This document shows positions 9,003 through 16,510 of a stretch of DNA of 25,440 nucleotides, piece by piece; the stretch's first letter is position 1, and every line of letters begins with the position of its first letter. The translations under genes were made by a program, and so were the position numbers. The stretch is from contig JACPCX010000124.1 of the NCBI GenBank assembly GCA_016184305.1, positions 1-25,440 on the forward strand. Reading direction: 5' to 3'. The notes under the pieces were generated by a model. The model was not told where the DNA came from, did not search any database, and saw only the letters and a list, made by a program, of their open reading frames with translations. The DNA comes from Candidatus Rokuibacteriota bacterium (lineage in GTDB: Bacteria; Methylomirabilota; Methylomirabilia; Rokubacteriales; CSP1-6).

Positions 9003-9385
9003 CCTGGGGCCGAGGAGCCGCCAATCGCGTCGACCCTTGACCACATCGTGGCCGCCGTTGCGGCGTGAATGTACGGCACCTTGCGCGGCGCCCTGGCAGG
9101 GCGCAAAATCGCGTTCGACCGTGACGCTTCGACCGCCACGGTCGAGGGCCGCATCGCCGGCATCGGAAGACCATCCGCATCGAGGCCATCCACGTGCCTT
9201 ACGATCTCGCGGTTCCGGGGGAGGCGCGGGAGGCCACCGAGCGCGCCCTGGCGGCGCATCCTCAGGGCTGCCCGGCGCATCAGAGCGTCAAGAACGCCAT
9301 CCACATCACATGGTCGGCCTCGCTCAGGGCGGGCGACCAGGTGCTCTCGATCAAGGAAGAAGGCCACGAGAGCCCTTCGGCCTAG
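9003..9385 (+). pseudogene. Remnant of an OsmC-like selenoprotein gene (5'-truncated, frameshift at ~9166)
   Basis: Reads EEPPIASTLDHIVAAVAA-TGA(9066-9068)-MYGTLRGALAGRKI...VEGRIAGIG, then in the -1 frame KTIRIEAIHVPYDL...HPQGCPAHQSVKNAIHITW. TGA sits at the first catalytic Cys position and the second Cys (CP) is retained. Confidence 0.72.
9088..9104 (+). promoter_or_regulatory. SECIS-like hairpin downstream of the in-frame TGA
   Basis: GCGCCCT-GGC-AGGGCGC perfect 7-bp stem with a G-initiated loop, about 27 nt after the UGA. Confidence 0.5.
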
Positions 9386-9625
9386 AGACTTTGCGGAGAT
9401 TGGCCCGCGTGTGCGACGGAGCCGGACCCGCAGGCACCGCACCCTGCGACAGGCCCCGCCCGCCACACGCGACGACCGTTCGTGAAGAATGCGGGATAGC
9501 GCATGTCCCGATCTATGTGTCGAAAAAGGCCGCAAAGGAGGTGTCCCGTTCTCGGCTCGATCCGAACGCAGAGGCAGCGCTGACGCTGACATGCTGGGCC
9601 TGGCCGGCACACGGGAGAGACTACA

Positions 9626-9913
9626 GTGAGAATCGGGAAATCCATCCTGCGACGCGCCGTCGTGTGGCTCATCCTCGGGCTGATCGGCGGCGGGATCGCC
9701 GCCGACCTCTGGTGGCGCCAGGCGACCCGAGGGACCGACAAGCAGGTCAAGCAGCTGCAGACGGAACTCGATTCTGAGAAGATGGGCGCGCAGCAGCTGG
9801 AATCGAAGCTTGCCGAAGCCAGCGGCGAACTCCGTCAGCTGAAGGAACAGCTCGCAGCCGAGAGAAATCTCCGGCGCCGGTACGAAGATCTCGTGACCCG
9901 GGGGCGAAAGTAG
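9626..9913 (+). CDS. Hypothetical membrane-anchored coiled-coil protein
   Basis: GTG start after GGGAGAG; basic N-terminus, one hydrophobic helix (AVVWLILGLIGGGIAA), then a heptad-rich Q/E/K/L segment. Confidence 0.65.
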   Translation: MRIGKSILRRAVVWLILGLIGGGIAADLWWRQATRGTDKQVKQLQTELDSEKMGAQQLESKLAEASGELRQLKEQLAAERNLRRRYEDLVTRGRK

Positions 9914-9978
9914 CGGACGTCCGGACAGAAACGGCTTGCCGGCGCGACCCCTGCGTTCGAGCAGGAGGAAGGCGCTCA

Positions 9979-10242
9979 GAGACTGTGAGGGAATCGCCCG
10001 CGAGCGGCGAGGGAGCGTAGGCTGACGACGGCGTCGCGCGGGTTCATCGTGAATGGGCCGTCGTCAACGGGGGAGCCCCGGCCCGCCGCGGCCTGACTCG
10101 TCCAGTCCCCGCCCGATCAGGGCGTGGCCGCTCATCCGGCCGCCCCCGCCGCCCGCCGGAGCCCCACCGCGCGCATCAGGTTGTGCGCCAGCGCGAACCA
10201 CAGCAACACCGCCTGGACCTTCCGGAGGCCGCGCACCAGCAA
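9979..10242 (-). mobile_element. IS1182-family-like remnant (transposase C-terminus and terminal repeat)
   Basis: Minus strand encodes LLVRGLRKVQAVLLWFALAHNLMR...stop (10132), resembling the C-terminal motif of IS1182 DDE transposases. Ends in ...TTCCCTCACAGTCTC at 9979. Confidence 0.65.
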
Positions 10243-10545
10243 GAAGCACGCGCTCGCCGATCCCGGGCCGTCCGACGGGCTGACCGAGGCGGTGACCGCC
10301 GTCTTCAGCAGCACCTCGGTGATCAGCGGCCTGGGCAAGGCCGTCGTCATGAAGACCGGTCCGGCGACGGAGTTCGGGCGCGTGGCGGCGGGCCTCGTCG
10401 GCCGCCCGCCCGAGACCGAGTGCGAGCGCGGGGCGCGGCGCTTCGGCTTCCTTATTCTGGAGATCGTCATCTTCCTCTGCCGCCACTCTTCTTCGCCTTC
10501 CTCCTCGCCATGGTCGCCGGCTACCTGGGGCTCGTCGAGGCTCGG
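10243..10545 (+). pseudogene. Internally deleted fragment of an MgtA-like P-type ATPase gene
   Basis: AVFSSTSVISGLGKAVVMKTGPATEFGRVA...RPPETECERGARRFG (actuator/TM3 region) is joined at ~10477 to LPPLFFAFLLAMVAGYLGLVE (last TM helix). Confidence 0.7.
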
Positions 10546-10587
10546 CTGGACTTGATCGGGTGCGCGTGGTAGAAAAATTCACCCCCC

Positions 10588-10731
10588 ATGCTCTCGATTG
10601 CCGACACCGTCACGGAGGTGGTCCACTGGGTGTTTCCCGAGCACGCGGGCGCCCCGGGACAGATCCACGGCGGGCGGACGATGCAGTGGATCGCCACCGT
10701 GGGGACCATATCCATTCACGAGGGAAGGTGA
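10588..10731 (+). pseudogene. Truncated hotdog-fold acyl-CoA thioesterase (47-codon N-terminal remnant)
   Basis: MLSIADTVTEVVHWVFPEHAGAPGQIHGGRTMQWIATVGT matches the V-F-P-x-H-A-N/G-x2-G-x-I-H-G-G thioesterase signature, then ends just before yebC. Confidence 0.65.
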
Positions 10732-10738
10732 GGGCATC

Positions 10739-11491
10739 ATGTCCGGGCATTCACGCTGGTCGCAGATCAAGCGGAAGAAGGGCAAGACGGACGTGCAGCG
10801 GGGGAAGCTCTTCTCCAAGATCCTCCGCGAGATCACGGTGGCGGCGCGCAACGGCGGCGGCGATCCCAAGGGCAACGTGCGCCTGAAGGCCGCCATGGAG
10901 GCGGCGCGGGCCGCGAACATGCCCGCCGACAACATCAAGCGCGCGATCCAGAAGGGCACCGGCGAGCTGCCGGGGGAATCCTACGAGGAGATCACCTACG
11001 AGGGCTACGGGCCCGGCGGGGTGGCCATCCTCCTGCAGGTGCTCACGGACAACAAGAACCGCACCGGCCCCGAGATCCGGCGCGCCTTCGAGAAGAACGG
11101 CGGGCGCATGGGCACGGCGGGGTGCGTGGCGTGGATGTTCGACCGCCGGGGCGTGATCCAGGTGGATGCCGAGCGGGTGACGGAGGACGACCTGCTGGAG
11201 AAGGCGCTGGACGCGGGCGCCATGGACGTCAAGCGGGTGGAAAAAGCTTTCGAGATCACCACGGCCCCTGATGAAATGGAACCGGTGCGGGAGGCGCTGG
11301 AGCGCCAGGGCATCCCTGTGCTGGAGGCCGCCGTGGCCATGCTGCCCCAGTCCACGGTCCGCGTGGAGGGCAAGGAGGCCTCGGTGGTGCTGCGGCTGAT
11401 CGAGGCGCTCGAGGAGCAGGACGACGTCCAGGCTGCCTACTCGAACTACGATATCCCCGACGAGGTCCTCGACGCCATCTCCGCCGCCTAG
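10739..11491 (+). CDS. yebC: YebC/PmpR family protein
   Basis: MSGHSRWSQIKRKKG, NMPADNIKRAI, YEGYGPGG, TDNKNRT, VAWMF, DDVQ. Confidence 0.96.
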   Translation: MSGHSRWSQIKRKKGKTDVQRGKLFSKILREITVAARNGGGDPKGNVRLKAAMEAARAANMPADNIKRAIQKGTGELPGESYEEITYEGYGPGGVAILLQVLTDNKNRTGPEIRRAFEKNGGRMGTAGCVAWMFDRRGVIQVDAERVTEDDLLEKALDAGAMDVKRVEKAFEITTAPDEMEPVREALERQGIPVLEAAVAMLPQSTVRVEGKEASVVLRLIEALEEQDDVQAAYSNYDIPDEVLDAISAA

Positions 11492-11641
11492 CAGGATGCG
11501 GAAAAACTCCGCAGGCCGCTCAAAAACGTCCAGATGCGAGGCGGCGAGGGAGGCGACGAGCGAGGCGGACTCGATGTACGTTGAGCGAGGAGCGACCAGC
11601 GCCGTACCTCCGGAGATGGGCGTTTTTCAGCGGCCTGCTAG
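11488..11641 (+). repeat. Copy B (diverged) of CTAG-flanked palindromic element
   Basis: CTAG-CAGGATGCGGAAAAA-ctcc-GCAGGCCGCTCAAAAACG...CGTTTTTCAGCGGCCTG-CTAG. The first CTAG contains the yebC stop. Confidence 0.85.
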
Positions 11642-12170
11642 GGCGCTGCGCGTGATGGGGGTGGACCCCGGGCTCGTGGACACCGGTTTCGGCGTCCTCG
11701 AGGCGGGGCCCGGCGCCGTCACGGTCGTGGACGCGGGCGTCATCAGCACCTCCGCCAGCCAGTCCCTGGAGGCGCGGCTCAACGCCATCTACCGCGCCAT
11801 CCACCGCCTCATCCAGGCCCGCGAGCCGGGCCTCCTCGTCGTGGAAGACCTCTACACGGAGTACAAGTTCCCGCGGACGGCGATCCTCATGGGCCATGCC
11901 CGCGGCGTGATCTACCTCGCCGCCCGTCAGCTCGGCGTGGCGGTGCTGGCGCTCGCGCCCGCCGAGGTCAAGCGCGCCATCGCCGGCAACGGGGCCGCCG
12001 GGAAGGCGCAGATGCAGCGGAGCGTCCAGACTCTCCTGGGGCTTGCCGAGCCGCCGCGTCCGTCGCATGTGGCCGATGCCCTCGGGCTGGCTGTCACCGG
12101 CATGGGGCGGGTCACCGGACGGATCCCGACGGGCCGGGGCCGACGGCCCGCGGCGCGGGGGGCCTCATGA
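11616..12170 (+). CDS. ruvC: Holliday junction resolvase RuvC (start uncertain: 11496/11574/11616 within the repeat, or 11652/11655)
   Basis: RVMGVDPG, VVED, MGHARGVI, EVKRAIAGNGAAGKAQM, HVADAL. Confidence 0.92.
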   Translation: MGVFQRPARALRVMGVDPGLVDTGFGVLEAGPGAVTVVDAGVISTSASQSLEARLNAIYRAIHRLIQAREPGLLVVEDLYTEYKFPRTAILMGHARGVIYLAARQLGVAVLALAPAEVKRAIAGNGAAGKAQMQRSVQTLLGLAEPPRPSHVADALGLAVTGMGRVTGRIPTGRGRRPAARGAS

Positions 12171-12829
12171 TCGCCTCGCTCCGGGGCAGGCTGCGCGCGC
12201 GGCTCGAGGACCGGGTGATTCTCGAGGCGGCCGGCGTCGGCTACGAGGTGTTCCTGCCGCCCGTGACCCAGCGCGCGCTGGCCGGCGCGTCGGCGGCAGG
12301 GGGCGACGGCGCCGACGAGATCTCGCTGGCGATCCACTACCACGCGACGCAGAACCAGCCGCGCCCCGTGCTCATCGGATTCACCTCCGAGCTCGACAAG
12401 GAGTTCTTCGAGAAGCTCATCACGGTGAAGGACGTGGGCCCCATGGTGGCGGCCCGCTCGCTGGCGGCCCCGGTGGGCGAGATCGCCGCCGCCATCGCCT
12501 GCCAGGACGAGGGGTATCTCCGCCGGCTGCCCGGCATCGGGCCCCAGAAGGCGAAGAACATCGTGGCCCAGCTCCAGAGCAAGGTGGCGAAGTTCGCGCT
12601 GCTCGCGGCCGAGGAGTCCGCCGGGGAGGCGCGGCCGGCGCGGCCTGCGGCGCCTCTGGATGAAGACGGGCTGCGCGGCCTGGTCTTCGAGGTGCTGGTG
12701 AAGCAGCTCCAGCACCGGCCCAGCGAGGCGGCCGAGCTGATCAGCCGGGCGCTCAGCCGCCGGCCCGACGTCACGACGCCCGAGGAGCTGTTCGACGAGA
12801 TCTATCGCGGGAGCGGAGGCCGGACGTGA
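12167..12829 (+). CDS. ruvA: Holliday junction branch migration protein RuvA
   Basis: MIASLRG, GVGYEV, LIGF...EKLITV..VGP, Hh[10 protein letters not shown]; lies between ruvC and ruvB. Confidence 0.92.
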   Translation: MIASLRGRLRARLEDRVILEAAGVGYEVFLPPVTQRALAGASAAGGDGADEISLAIHYHATQNQPRPVLIGFTSELDKEFFEKLITVKDVGPMVAARSLAAPVGEIAAAIACQDEGYLRRLPGIGPQKAKNIVAQLQSKVAKFALLAAEESAGEARPARPAAPLDEDGLRGLVFEVLVKQLQHRPSEAAELISRALSRRPDVTTPEELFDEIYRGSGGRT

Positions 12830-13860
12830 GCGACGAGGCGCACGTCATGAGCCGGGTGGCGCTGCCCGAGGAGGCGCAGATCGAGCGCCAGCTCCGCCCG
12901 CAGCGCCTGGACGAGTACGTGGGCCAGCGCGCGACGGTCGAGAGCCTGCGGATCTCGGTGGAGGCGGCCCGCCAGCGGGGCGAGCCTCTCGACCACGTGC
13001 TCCTCTCGGGGCCCCCCGGCCTCGGCAAGACCACGCTCGCCACCATCATGGCCAACGAGATGGGCGCCCAGATGGTCACCACCGCCGGTCCCTCCCTCGA
13101 GCGGGGCGGGGACCTCATGGGCATCCTCACCAACCTGGGCGACCGCGACGTGCTCTTCATCGACGAGGTCCACCGGCTCCCGCGCATCGTGGAGGAGCTG
13201 CTGTACCCGGCCATGGAGGACTTCGCGCTCAACTTCGTGATGGACAAGGGGCTCAACGCCAAGAGCATGCGCATCCCGCTGCGCCCCTTCACGCTGGTGG
13301 CCGCCACCACGCGGCCGGGGATGCTCTCCTCCCCGCTCCGGGAGCGTTTCGGGATCTTCCACCACCTGGATTTCTACGACGTGGAGGACCTGACGTCGAT
13401 CATCCTCCGGTCGGCCTCCATCATCGGAGCCTCCATCGATCAGGGCGGGGCCGGCGCCGTCGCCCGCCGCTCCCGCGGGACGCCACGCATCGCCAACCGC
13501 CTCCTGCGCCGCGTCCGCGACTACGCCCAGGTGAAGGGGGACGGGGCGGTGACGGCCGAGGTCGCGCGGGACGCGCTGGACCGCGAGGGGGTGGACCAGG
13601 AGGGGCTCGACCGGCTGGATCGCCGCTTCCTCGGCGCGATCATCGAGCAGTACGGGGGCGGCCCGGTCGGCCTCGAGGCCATCGCGGCCACCATCAACGA
13701 CGAGGCGGAGACGCTGGCGGAGGTGGTGGAGCCGTTCCTCCTGAAGATCGGCTTCGTCGTGCGCAGCCCGAACGGGCGGAAGGTCACGGCGGCGGCCTAC
13801 GCCCATCTGGGCCACGCCCTCCCCGCCTCCTCCACGGGCCAGCGCGAGCTTCCGCTGTGA
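12826..13860 (+). CDS. ruvB: Holliday junction branch migration helicase RuvB
   Basis: [67 protein letters not shown]. Confidence 0.97.
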   Translation: MSDEAHVMSRVALPEEAQIERQLRPQRLDEYVGQRATVESLRISVEAARQRGEPLDHVLLSGPPGLGKTTLATIMANEMGAQMVTTAGPSLERGGDLMGILTNLGDRDVLFIDEVHRLPRIVEELLYPAMEDFALNFVMDKGLNAKSMRIPLRPFTLVAATTRPGMLSSPLRERFGIFHHLDFYDVEDLTSIILRSASIIGASIDQGGAGAVARRSRGTPRIANRLLRRVRDYAQVKGDGAVTAEVARDALDREGVDQEGLDRLDRRFLGAIIEQYGGGPVGLEAIAATINDEAETLAEVVEPFLLKIGFVVRSPNGRKVTAAAYAHLGHALPASSTGQRELPL

Positions 13861-14084
13861 CGGACCTCGGGAAAATCCTCGTGGGTTTCGGGGTCGTCAT
13901 GATAGTCCTGGGAGGAATCCTGCTCCTGGCGGGAAATCTCTCAGGGAAGGTGCCATGGATCGGACGGCTGCCCGGGGACATCTACATCGAGCGCGGCACC
14001 TGGCGCTTCTACTTCCCGCTGGCGACCTCCGTCATCATCTCCATCGTCCTCACGCTGCTCTTGTCGCTCTTCGGCCGCCGTTAG
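13857..14084 (+). CDS. DUF2905 family small membrane protein
   Basis: [20 protein letters not shown] signature with two TM helices; usual position after ruvB. Confidence 0.88.
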   Translation: MTDLGKILVGFGVVMIVLGGILLLAGNLSGKVPWIGRLPGDIYIERGTWRFYFPLATSVIISIVLTLLLSLFGRR

Positions 14085-14089
14085 CCCGC

Positions 14090-15226
14090 CGCCGACACGT
14101 CCGGCTGCTCGTCGCTCTCGCCCTCGTCGTGCTCGTGTGTCTGGGGGCGCGCCCGGCGCTCGCCGGAGGCGAGATCCGCGTGGCGCTGGTCGACGGGGTC
14201 CGGACGGTGGATCTGGGCGGCGGTCCATTCGCCATCCAGGACGCGGCCGGCCAGCCGCTCACGACCGAGCAGCCCACGTGGATTCGCCTGGTCCCGGTCA
14301 ACGGGAGCGTGGAAGTTCGCGGCCTGCGCGCCGACCGCGTACGCGCCGGGACCATCCGCGTGGTGGGCGCCAACGGCGGGGCCATGCGGTGGAATGGCCG
14401 CGACTACCCCGGCACCCTGGACATCCTCCGCGCGGGCGACGGACTCCTGGTGATCAACGAGCTGCCGTTCGAGGACTACCTCATGGGTTCGGTCAAGGCG
14501 GAGGCCGGGGAGCGCATGCCGCCCGAGATGCTCAAGGCCCAGGCCGTCGTGGCGCGGACCTACGCCGCCTTCCACCGCCGGCTGAACGCCGGCAAGCCCT
14601 ACCAGATCGTCGCGGCCACCGCCCACCAGCAGTACGCGGGCCAGGTCGGCCCCGACTCGCCGATCTGGGCGGCGGTGAGGGAGACGGAGGGGCAGGTGCT
14701 CCTCTGGGAAGGCGACCTCTTCCCGGCCTTCTACCACACCGACAGCGGCGGCCACACGGAAGACCCGCGCGCGGTGTTCGCGGCCTCGAACATGCCGGCG
14801 CTCCGGCCGGTGCGCATCGAGTTTCCCTCGGAGTCGCCACATCACCTGTGGGCGCTGGACCTGCCGCTCGCCGACCTCAGCGCGCTGCTCCGCAAGGGCG
14901 GCGTCTCGGTGGGGCGCATCGTGGCCCTCGAGGTACTCGAGCGAAGCGTGTCGCTGCGCGCGGCCCGGATCGCCGTCCGCGGCACGAGCGGCACGACCGT
15001 GCTCCGCGGCAACGACTTCCGCCGGCTCGTGGGCTACGACACGCTCAAGAGCACGCTGTTCGCCGTGGCCGTGGATGGGGCCCACGCCCGCTTCTCGGGC
15101 CGCGGCTATGGCCACGGGGTCGGCATGGACCAGGCGGCCGCCAGGACCATGGCCCAGCTCGGCTACTCGGCCCGCCAGATCCTCGAGTACTACTACCCGG
15201 GCGCGGTCTTCTCCACCCTCCCCTAG
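14090..15226 (+). CDS. SpoIID/LytB-domain protein (lytic transglycosylase-like); start codon unresolved
   Basis: Signal-peptide-like N-terminus; YPG..INEL..EDYL..V.AE, LKAQAVVARTY, QQYAG, AFYH..SGG.TE, LKST, GRGYGHGVGMDQ, ILEYYYPG. Confidence 0.88.
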   Translation, partial: RRHVRLLVALALVVLVCLGARPALAGGEIRVALVDGVRTVDLGGGPFAIQDAAGQPLTTEQPTWIRLVPVNGSVEVRGLRADRVRAGTIRVVGANGGAMRWNGRDYPGTLDILRAGDGLLVINELPFEDYLMGSVKAEAGERMPPEMLKAQAVVARTYAAFHRRLNAGKPYQIVAATAHQQYAGQVGPDSPIWAAVRETEGQVLLWEGDLFPAFYHTDSGGHTEDPRAVFAASNMPALRPVRIEFPSESPHHLWALDLPLADLSALLRKGGVSVGRIVALEVLERSVSLRAARIAVRGTSGTTVLRGNDFRRLVGYDTLKSTLFAVAVDGAHARFSGRGYGHGVGMDQAAARTMAQLGYSARQILEYYYPGAVFSTLP

Positions 15227-15374
15227 CAGGTCGCTGAAGAACTCGCAGGCTGCTCAAAAAGGTCCAGATGCGAGGCGGCGCCCGACGGCCGTACGCGAGG
15301 CGTACTCTCTGTACGTTGAGCGTGCGGCCGAGGGCGCCAACGAAGCAGATGGGCCTTTTTCAGCAGCCTGCTAG
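15223..15374 (+). repeat. Copy C (complete) of CTAG-flanked palindromic element
   Basis: CTAG-CAGGTCGCTGAAGAA-ctc-GCAGGCTGCTCAAAAAGG...GTACTCTCTGTAC...CCTTTTTCAGCAGCCTG-CTAG. The first CTAG contains the spoIID stop. Confidence 0.9.
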
Positions 15375-15454
15375 GGCCTCGCCGCCCGTGACCATTTCCT
15401 GGCTGGTAGCCGATCTCCGTCACGCTGCGGCCGGGGAGCTGCGGCATGCGCTGG

Positions 15455-16510
15455 CTACGATGACACCATCTCGCGGATGGCGGCGGCGATGTCGGCCGGG
15501 CCCGGCAGCACGGCGTCCTCCAGCGGGGGCGGGAAGGGGACGGGGACGCCGGGGTTGCCGAGGCGGCGCGGGGCCGTCCTGAGCGCGCCGAAGGCCCGCT
15601 CCGTCACCAGCGCGATGACCTCGCTCTGGATGCTGCACGTGAGATAGGCCTCGTCCACGACCAGCAGGCGGCCGGTCTTCCGCACCGATGCGATGATGGT
15701 CTCGCTGTCCAGCGGGACCAGCGTGCGGGGGTCGATGACCTCGGGGGAGACGCCCTCCGCCGCCAGCGCTTCCGCCGCGGCCAGCGCGTGGTGCAGCGCG
15801 CAGAGCGTCGCCACCACCGTGATGTCGGTGCCGGCCCGCCGCACCGCGGCCTGCCCGAAGGGGACCAGGTAGTCGGGATCCTTGAACCCGGGCGGCGCCG
15901 GCCAGCGGGTGCGGTAGAGTGCCTTGTGCTCGAAGAAGAGCACCGGGTTGTCGTCGCGGATGGCCGATTTCATCAGGCCCTTGGCGTCCGCGGCCGTTGC
16001 CGGCAGCGCCACCTTGATCCCCGGGACGTGAGCGAACCACGAGTAGAGCGTCTGCGAATGCTGTGACCCCGCGCCCTGGCCGCCGCCGCAGGGGAGCCGG
16101 ATGACGAGCGGGACCTTGACCTGGCCGCCGGTGAGGTAGTGCAGCATCGCGGCCTGGTGGGTGAGCTGGTCGATGGCGACGGAGAGGAAGTCGCCGAACT
16201 GGAACTCCACGATCGGGCGCATCCCGCCCATGGCCGCCCCCACCGCCGCCCCCACGACGGCCACCTCCGAGCAGGGCGTGTCGCGGACCCGCTCCGTGCC
16301 GAACTCCGCGGCGAGGCCGCTCGTGACGCCGAAGGGCGGGGCGCCCGCGATGTCCTCCCCCATCTGGAACACCGAGGGGTCGCGCCGCATCTCCTCGCGC
16401 ATGGCCTCGTTGATGGCGCCCCTGAAGCTCGGCCAGTCGCGCTCGGCGGGGGGGGCCGGGCCCCCGGGCCTGAACAGCCGCCGATCGAACACGCGTCCCT
16501 CCGCTGTCAT
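15455..16510 (-). CDS. TPP-dependent 2-oxoacid/acetoin dehydrogenase E1 beta subunit
   Basis: MGEDI, FGTERVRDTPCSE, GMRPIVEFQFGDF, GSQHSQ, DNPVLFFEHKALY, VIDPRTLVPLD, SVRKTGRL. ATGA overlap with the alpha-subunit stop. Confidence 0.9.
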   Translation of the reverse strand: MTAEGRVFDRRLFRPGGPAPPAERDWPSFRGAINEAMREEMRRDPSVFQMGEDIAGAPPFGVTSGLAAEFGTERVRDTPCSEVAVVGAAVGAAMGGMRPIVEFQFGDFLSVAIDQLTHQAAMLHYLTGGQVKVPLVIRLPCGGGQGAGSQHSQTLYSWFAHVPGIKVALPATAADAKGLMKSAIRDDNPVLFFEHKALYRTRWPAPPGFKDPDYLVPFGQAAVRRAGTDITVVATLCALHHALAAAEALAAEGVSPEVIDPRTLVPLDSETIIASVRKTGRLLVVDEAYLTCSIQSEVIALVTERAFGALRTAPRRLGNPGVPVPFPPPLEDAVLPGPADIAAAIREMVSS

